A stretch of 43,146 bases of DNA from Gemmatimonadota bacterium (GTDB taxonomy: Bacteria; Gemmatimonadota; Gemmatimonadetes; Gemmatimonadales; GWC2-71-9). Under the pieces are notes generated by a model. It ran no database searches and was not told where the DNA came from. It was given only the letters and a program-made list of their open reading frames with translations. Both the position numbers and the translations under genes were made by a program. Shown one piece after another: positions 39,890 through 43,146 of the stretch. Where the stretch lies: the NCBI GenBank assembly GCA_003220855.1, contig QHTP01000021.1, forward strand, positions 1-43,146. The letters run 5' to 3'. The number at the start of each line of letters is the position of its first letter. Position 1 is the stretch's first letter.

Positions 39890-42800
39890 ATGGCCCGCGT
39901 TCTGGCCGTAATCGCGCCACTCCTCCTGCTCGTCCCTACCGCCCGAACCCAGCAGATCGACACCACGCTGTGGACGCGTCTGCGGTACCGCTTCGTCGGC
40001 CCCGAGGGCAACCGCGCGGTGGCCGTGGCGGGAGAGCCCGGCAATCCGCTGGTCGCCTACGTGGGGGCCGCCTCTGGAGGAATCTGGAAGACCGAAGACG
40101 GTGGCGTACACTGGCGCGCGGTGTTCGACAGCGAGCCGGCCCAGGCGATCGGCGCGATCGCGGTGGCGCCGTCCGCCCACAACGTGCTGTGGGCGGGCAC
40201 CGGCGAGACGTTCTTCATTCGCTCGACCACGGCGCTCGGCAACGGGGTCTATCGGTCGACGGACGGCGGCCGCAGCTGGCAGCACCAGGGGCTGGACGGC
40301 ACGGGACGGATCGCGCGCATCGTGATCCATCCCACGAACCCGGAGCTGGTGCTCGTGTGCGCGCTGGGACGGGCGTACGGGCCGGCCCAGGACCGCGGCG
40401 TGTACCGCACCATCGACGGCGGCAAGACGTGGGCCCGCGTGCTGTTCGTCGATCCCAACACCGGTTGCTCGGACCTCGCCGTGGATCCGGGCGACCCGAA
40501 CACGCTATTCGCCGGGATGTGGCAGTTCGAGGTCAAGACCTGGCACCTCCAGAGCGGCGGGCCGGGGAGTGGGCTATGGGTGTCACGGGACGGCGGCGCG
40601 ACGTGGCAGCGAATCGTGGGGCATGGCCTGCCCGACGCGCGGCACGTCGTGGGCAAGGTCGCCGTGGCCGTGGCGCCGTCGAACCCGAATACGGTATATG
40701 CACTGATCGAGGACCAGGACCCCACGCTCTATCGCAGCGACGACCGGGGCACGAGCTGGCACGTCGTGAGCCACGACCACACCATGGCCGAGCGCGCGCC
40801 GTACTACGTGCGCTTCGCCGTCGCGCCGGACGACGAGGAGCGGCTGTATTTCGTCTCTGTGCGGTTCAGCATGTCGCGCGACGGCGGCCGCACCCTGGCC
40901 CGCTCGGGCTACGAGGGAGGCGGCGACAACCACGACATCTGGATCGACCCGCTGAACCCCGACCGCTTCATGGTGGCGCACGACGGCGGCGCGAGCATCA
41001 CGCTCAACCGCGGCCGGACGTTCATGCGCATCGTGCTGCCGATCGCCCAGATGTACCACGTGCACGTCGACACGCGCGTGCCGTACTATGTGTACGGCAA
41101 CCGCCAGGATGGCTCCTCGTACCGCATGCCCAGTCGCAGCCTGGCGGACGGCATCTCGGAGGGGGCGTGGCAGCACGTGGGAGGCTGCGAGAGCGGATTC
41201 GGTATCCCCGACACGGTGGACAACGCGACCGTCTGGTCTGGCTGCTACGACGGGGGGCTGGAAGTCTACGACGTGCGTACGGGCCACCCGCGCAACGTGC
41301 GCGTCTGGCCGGAAGCCGGGTACGGGTGGCGGCCCGCCGACTTGAAGTTCCGCTGGAACTGGACCTTCCCGATCATGATCTCGCCGCACGATCACCGGCG
41401 CGTGTACGTGGGCAGCCAGTACGTGCACGTCACCACCGATGGCGGAGCGAGCTGGAAGGTGGTGAGCCCCGACCTCACCCGTAACGACACGAGCCACCAG
41501 CAAAGCTCCGGCGGCGTCACGACGGACAACCTCATGACGTTCGACGGCGCGACGCTGTTCGCGCTGGCGGAGTCGCCCGTGCAGGCCGGCGTGATCTGGG
41601 CGGGATCGAACGACGGCCTGGTGCACGTCACGCGCGACGCCGGAACGAGCTGGACGGACGTGACGGGCAACCTGCCGAAGCTCGCGCCCTGGGGGAAGAT
41701 CTCGAACATCGAGCCGTCGCGATTCGACGGCGGGGCGGCGTACATCGCGGTCGACCTGCACGAGCTGGACGACCTCGACCCCTACATCTTCAAGACCACG
41801 GACTTGGGCAGGAGCTGGAAGCGGATCTCGGACGGCCTGCCCCGCTCGCCGCTGGGGTTCGTGCACGTGGTGCGCGAGGACCCGGCGCGGCGTGGGATGC
41901 TGTTCGCCGGCACCGAGAGCGGCGTGTACGTGACGCTCGACGACGGCGCGCGCTGGCTGCCGCTGCAGACCAACCTCCCTCACGCCCCCGTCTCGTGGAT
42001 GACCGTGCAGCCGCACTTCCACGACCTCGTGGTCGCGACCTACGGGCGGGGGATCTGGATTCTGGATGACATCTCGCCCTTGGAGGACCCCGCCCTAACG
42101 GGCGGGGCCATGGCGGGCGGGGCTATGCTGTTCAAACCACGCTCGGCATATCGGTTTCGCAGTCAGCAAGGGATCGTCAGCGCGCCGAACAGCGCCGTGC
42201 GGGTGGACAGCGTGCCCGAGGGCGCGGACCTGACGTACTACCTGCCGGCCGCCCTCGCCGACACGGCCGCTGCGCCCGACAGCGCACATCCGCGCCGCGC
42301 CGCCAAGATCGTCGTGCTGGGCGCGAGCGGCGACACCGTGCGCGTGCTCGAGGGCGAACGCAAGGCGGGGTTGAACCGGGTGTGGTGGGACCTGCGCTAC
42401 ACCCGGCCCACCGTGCCGAAGCTGCGGACGCCCCCGCCCGGCAAACCGTTCGTGCACACCGGGCCGGACGGTACGCGCCCGCTCGTGACCTGGGACCTCG
42501 ATCTGTCGCTGCACGGACCATTCGTGTCGCCGGGCAGTTACCAGGTACGGCTCACCCTGGGCGACAGCGCGGCGAGCGCGACGACGCTCACCCAGTCGCT
42601 CACCGTGCTCAAGGACCCCAACACCGCCGCGACCGACTCGGACGTGCTGGCGCAGACCCGGCTGGCGCTCGCGATCCGCGCCTCGCAGGACAGCGTGGCG
42701 CGGATGATCAACCGGCTGGAGTGGGTGCGGAAGCAGCTCGCGGACTTGAGCGGTCAACTGCGGTCGGACACTGCGCTCACGGGGGACTCGAGCGCCAAGC

Positions 42801-43146
42801 GGATTGCGAGCCTCGCGGACTCGCTCGACCGGCACGCCAGCGCCGTCGAGGGAGTGCTGTTCGACGTGCACCTGACCGGTGCGCGCGAGGATGCGTTCCG
42901 CAGCCCGATGCAGCTGTACGGCCGGCTGGCGGCGCTCGAGTCCGACGTATCCGAGAGCGGGGCGGACTTCGCGCCCACGACGCAACAGCAGGCGGTCTAC
43001 GAGCTGTTCACCCAGCGACTCGGCGACGCATCGGTCCGGTTCGCCGGTTTCATGGAGCGGGAGTTGCCCGCGTTCGGCGCCGAGCTACGCAAGGCGCCCC
43101 TGAAAGACATCGTCGCCGCCGGCGTGGACGCGGGCGCGCCGCCGCG
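39890..43146 (+). CDS. sortilin/VPS10-type BNR (Asp-box) repeat beta-propeller protein, secreted (3' end runs off the window)
   Basis: Absent from the ORF track (no stop in window). My own translation from ATG 39890: MARVLAVIAPLLLLVPTARTQQ... with repeated Asp-boxes KTEDGGVHW, RSTDGGRSW, RTIDGGKTW, VSRDGGATW, RSDDRGTSW, MSRDGGRT, TTDGGASW, TRDAGTSW, TTDLGRSW, TLDDGARW. More than 1085 aa. Confidence 0.85.
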   Translation, partial: MARVLAVIAPLLLLVPTARTQQIDTTLWTRLRYRFVGPEGNRAVAVAGEPGNPLVAYVGAASGGIWKTEDGGVHWRAVFDSEPAQAIGAIAVAPSAHNVLWAGTGETFFIRSTTALGNGVYRSTDGGRSWQHQGLDGTGRIARIVIHPTNPELVLVCALGRAYGPAQDRGVYRTIDGGKTWARVLFVDPNTGCSDLAVDPGDPNTLFAGMWQFEVKTWHLQSGGPGSGLWVSRDGGATWQRIVGHGLPDARHVVGKVAVAVAPSNPNTVYALIEDQDPTLYRSDDRGTSWHVVSHDHTMAERAPYYVRFAVAPDDEERLYFVSVRFSMSRDGGRTLARSGYEGGGDNHDIWIDPLNPDRFMVAHDGGASITLNRGRTFMRIVLPIAQMYHVHVDTRVPYYVYGNRQDGSSYRMPSRSLADGISEGAWQHVGGCESGFGIPDTVDNATVWSGCYDGGLEVYDVRTGHPRNVRVWPEAGYGWRPADLKFRWNWTFPIMISPHDHRRVYVGSQYVHVTTDGGASWKVVSPDLTRNDTSHQQSSGGVTTDNLMTFDGATLFALAESPVQAGVIWAGSNDGLVHVTRDAGTSWTDVTGNLPKLAPWGKISNIEPSRFDGGAAYIAVDLHELDDLDPYIFKTTDLGRSWKRISDGLPRSPLGFVHVVREDPARRGMLFAGTESGVYVTLDDGARWLPLQTNLPHAPVSWMTVQPHFHDLVVATYGRGIWILDDISPLEDPALTGGAMAGGAMLFKPRSAYRFRSQQGIVSAPNSAVRVDSVPEGADLTYYLPAALADTAAAPDSAHPRRAAKIVVLGASGDTVRVLEGERKAGLNRVWWDLRYTRPTVPKLRTPPPGKPFVHTGPDGTRPLVTWDLDLSLHGPFVSPGSYQVRLTLGDSAASATTLTQSLTVLKDPNTAATDSDVLAQTRLALAIRASQDSVARMINRLEWVRKQLADLSGQLRSDTALTGDSSAKRIASLADSLDRHASAVEGVLFDVHLTGAREDAFRSPMQLYGRLAALESDVSESGADFAPTTQQQAVYELFTQRLGDASVRFAGFMERELPAFGAELRKAPLKDIVAAGVDAGAPP

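Noticed and set aside
36511-41484. 1657-aa plus-strand ORF, the longest in the track
   Set aside because: It is an antisense shadow of the RND pump gene that continues into a wrong frame of the BNR gene. Its composition is extremely Arg/Gly/His/Pro-rich, with no domains. The minus-strand AcrB-like ORF and the plus-strand Asp-box ORF (a different frame) explain the region.
1-43146. Mobile element, prophage or defence island
   Set aside because: I recognised no transposase, integrase, recombinase, phage structural, restriction-modification, Cas, reverse transcriptase or toxin-antitoxin hallmark genes. I noticed no long terminal inverted or direct repeats. The gene content is mainly metabolic and housekeeping.

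Overview
This is a 43.1-kb, roughly 70% GC, gene-dense bacterial chromosomal segment. Gene content (giant sortilin/BNR-repeat protein, DUF2911, M28 peptidase, Hanks-type kinase, SBP56, RND pump) and composition suggest a Gemmatimonadota-like soil bacterium; this is inference only. I call 35 protein-coding genes (two run off the window edges), three probable gene remnants or stop-less ORFs, several hairpin terminators and two AT-rich control regions. I saw no rRNA, tRNA, CRISPR array, transposase, integrase or prophage genes. Stop codons are rare at this GC, so most long ORFs in the track are antisense shadows or 5' over-extensions, and many track 'M' starts are really GTG/TTG. I re-picked starts from SD motifs, ATGA/GTGA overlaps and domain boundaries. 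The most notable observations are: (1) near the window centre, a secreted CotH-like kinase-fold protein sits 4 nt upstream of an unusual CYTH/TTM - degenerate Nudix-like - PPK1 fusion of 1058 aa; (2) a ThrC-like PLP enzyme and a GG-terminated MoaD-like sulfur carrier lie behind a structured leader with terminator/antiterminator potential; (3) a long XRE-HTH protein and a stand-alone Hanks-type kinase (with an SD-equipped overlapping uORF) lie next to an AT-rich divergent control region; (4) two otherwise unrelated small proteins carry (D/E)RRxxx hexapeptide repeat arrays; (5) a perfect (TTTCCCC)x4 heptanucleotide repeat lies inside xdhC; (6) a PD-(D/E)XK + DEDDy fusion nuclease (DUF2779-like) is present; (7) there are several 3'-end anomalies: a stop-less GNAT-like ORF abutting tolC, a MocA tail overlapping a convergent gene, and two back-to-back gene remnants. 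All family names come from motif recognition by eye. No database search was run.
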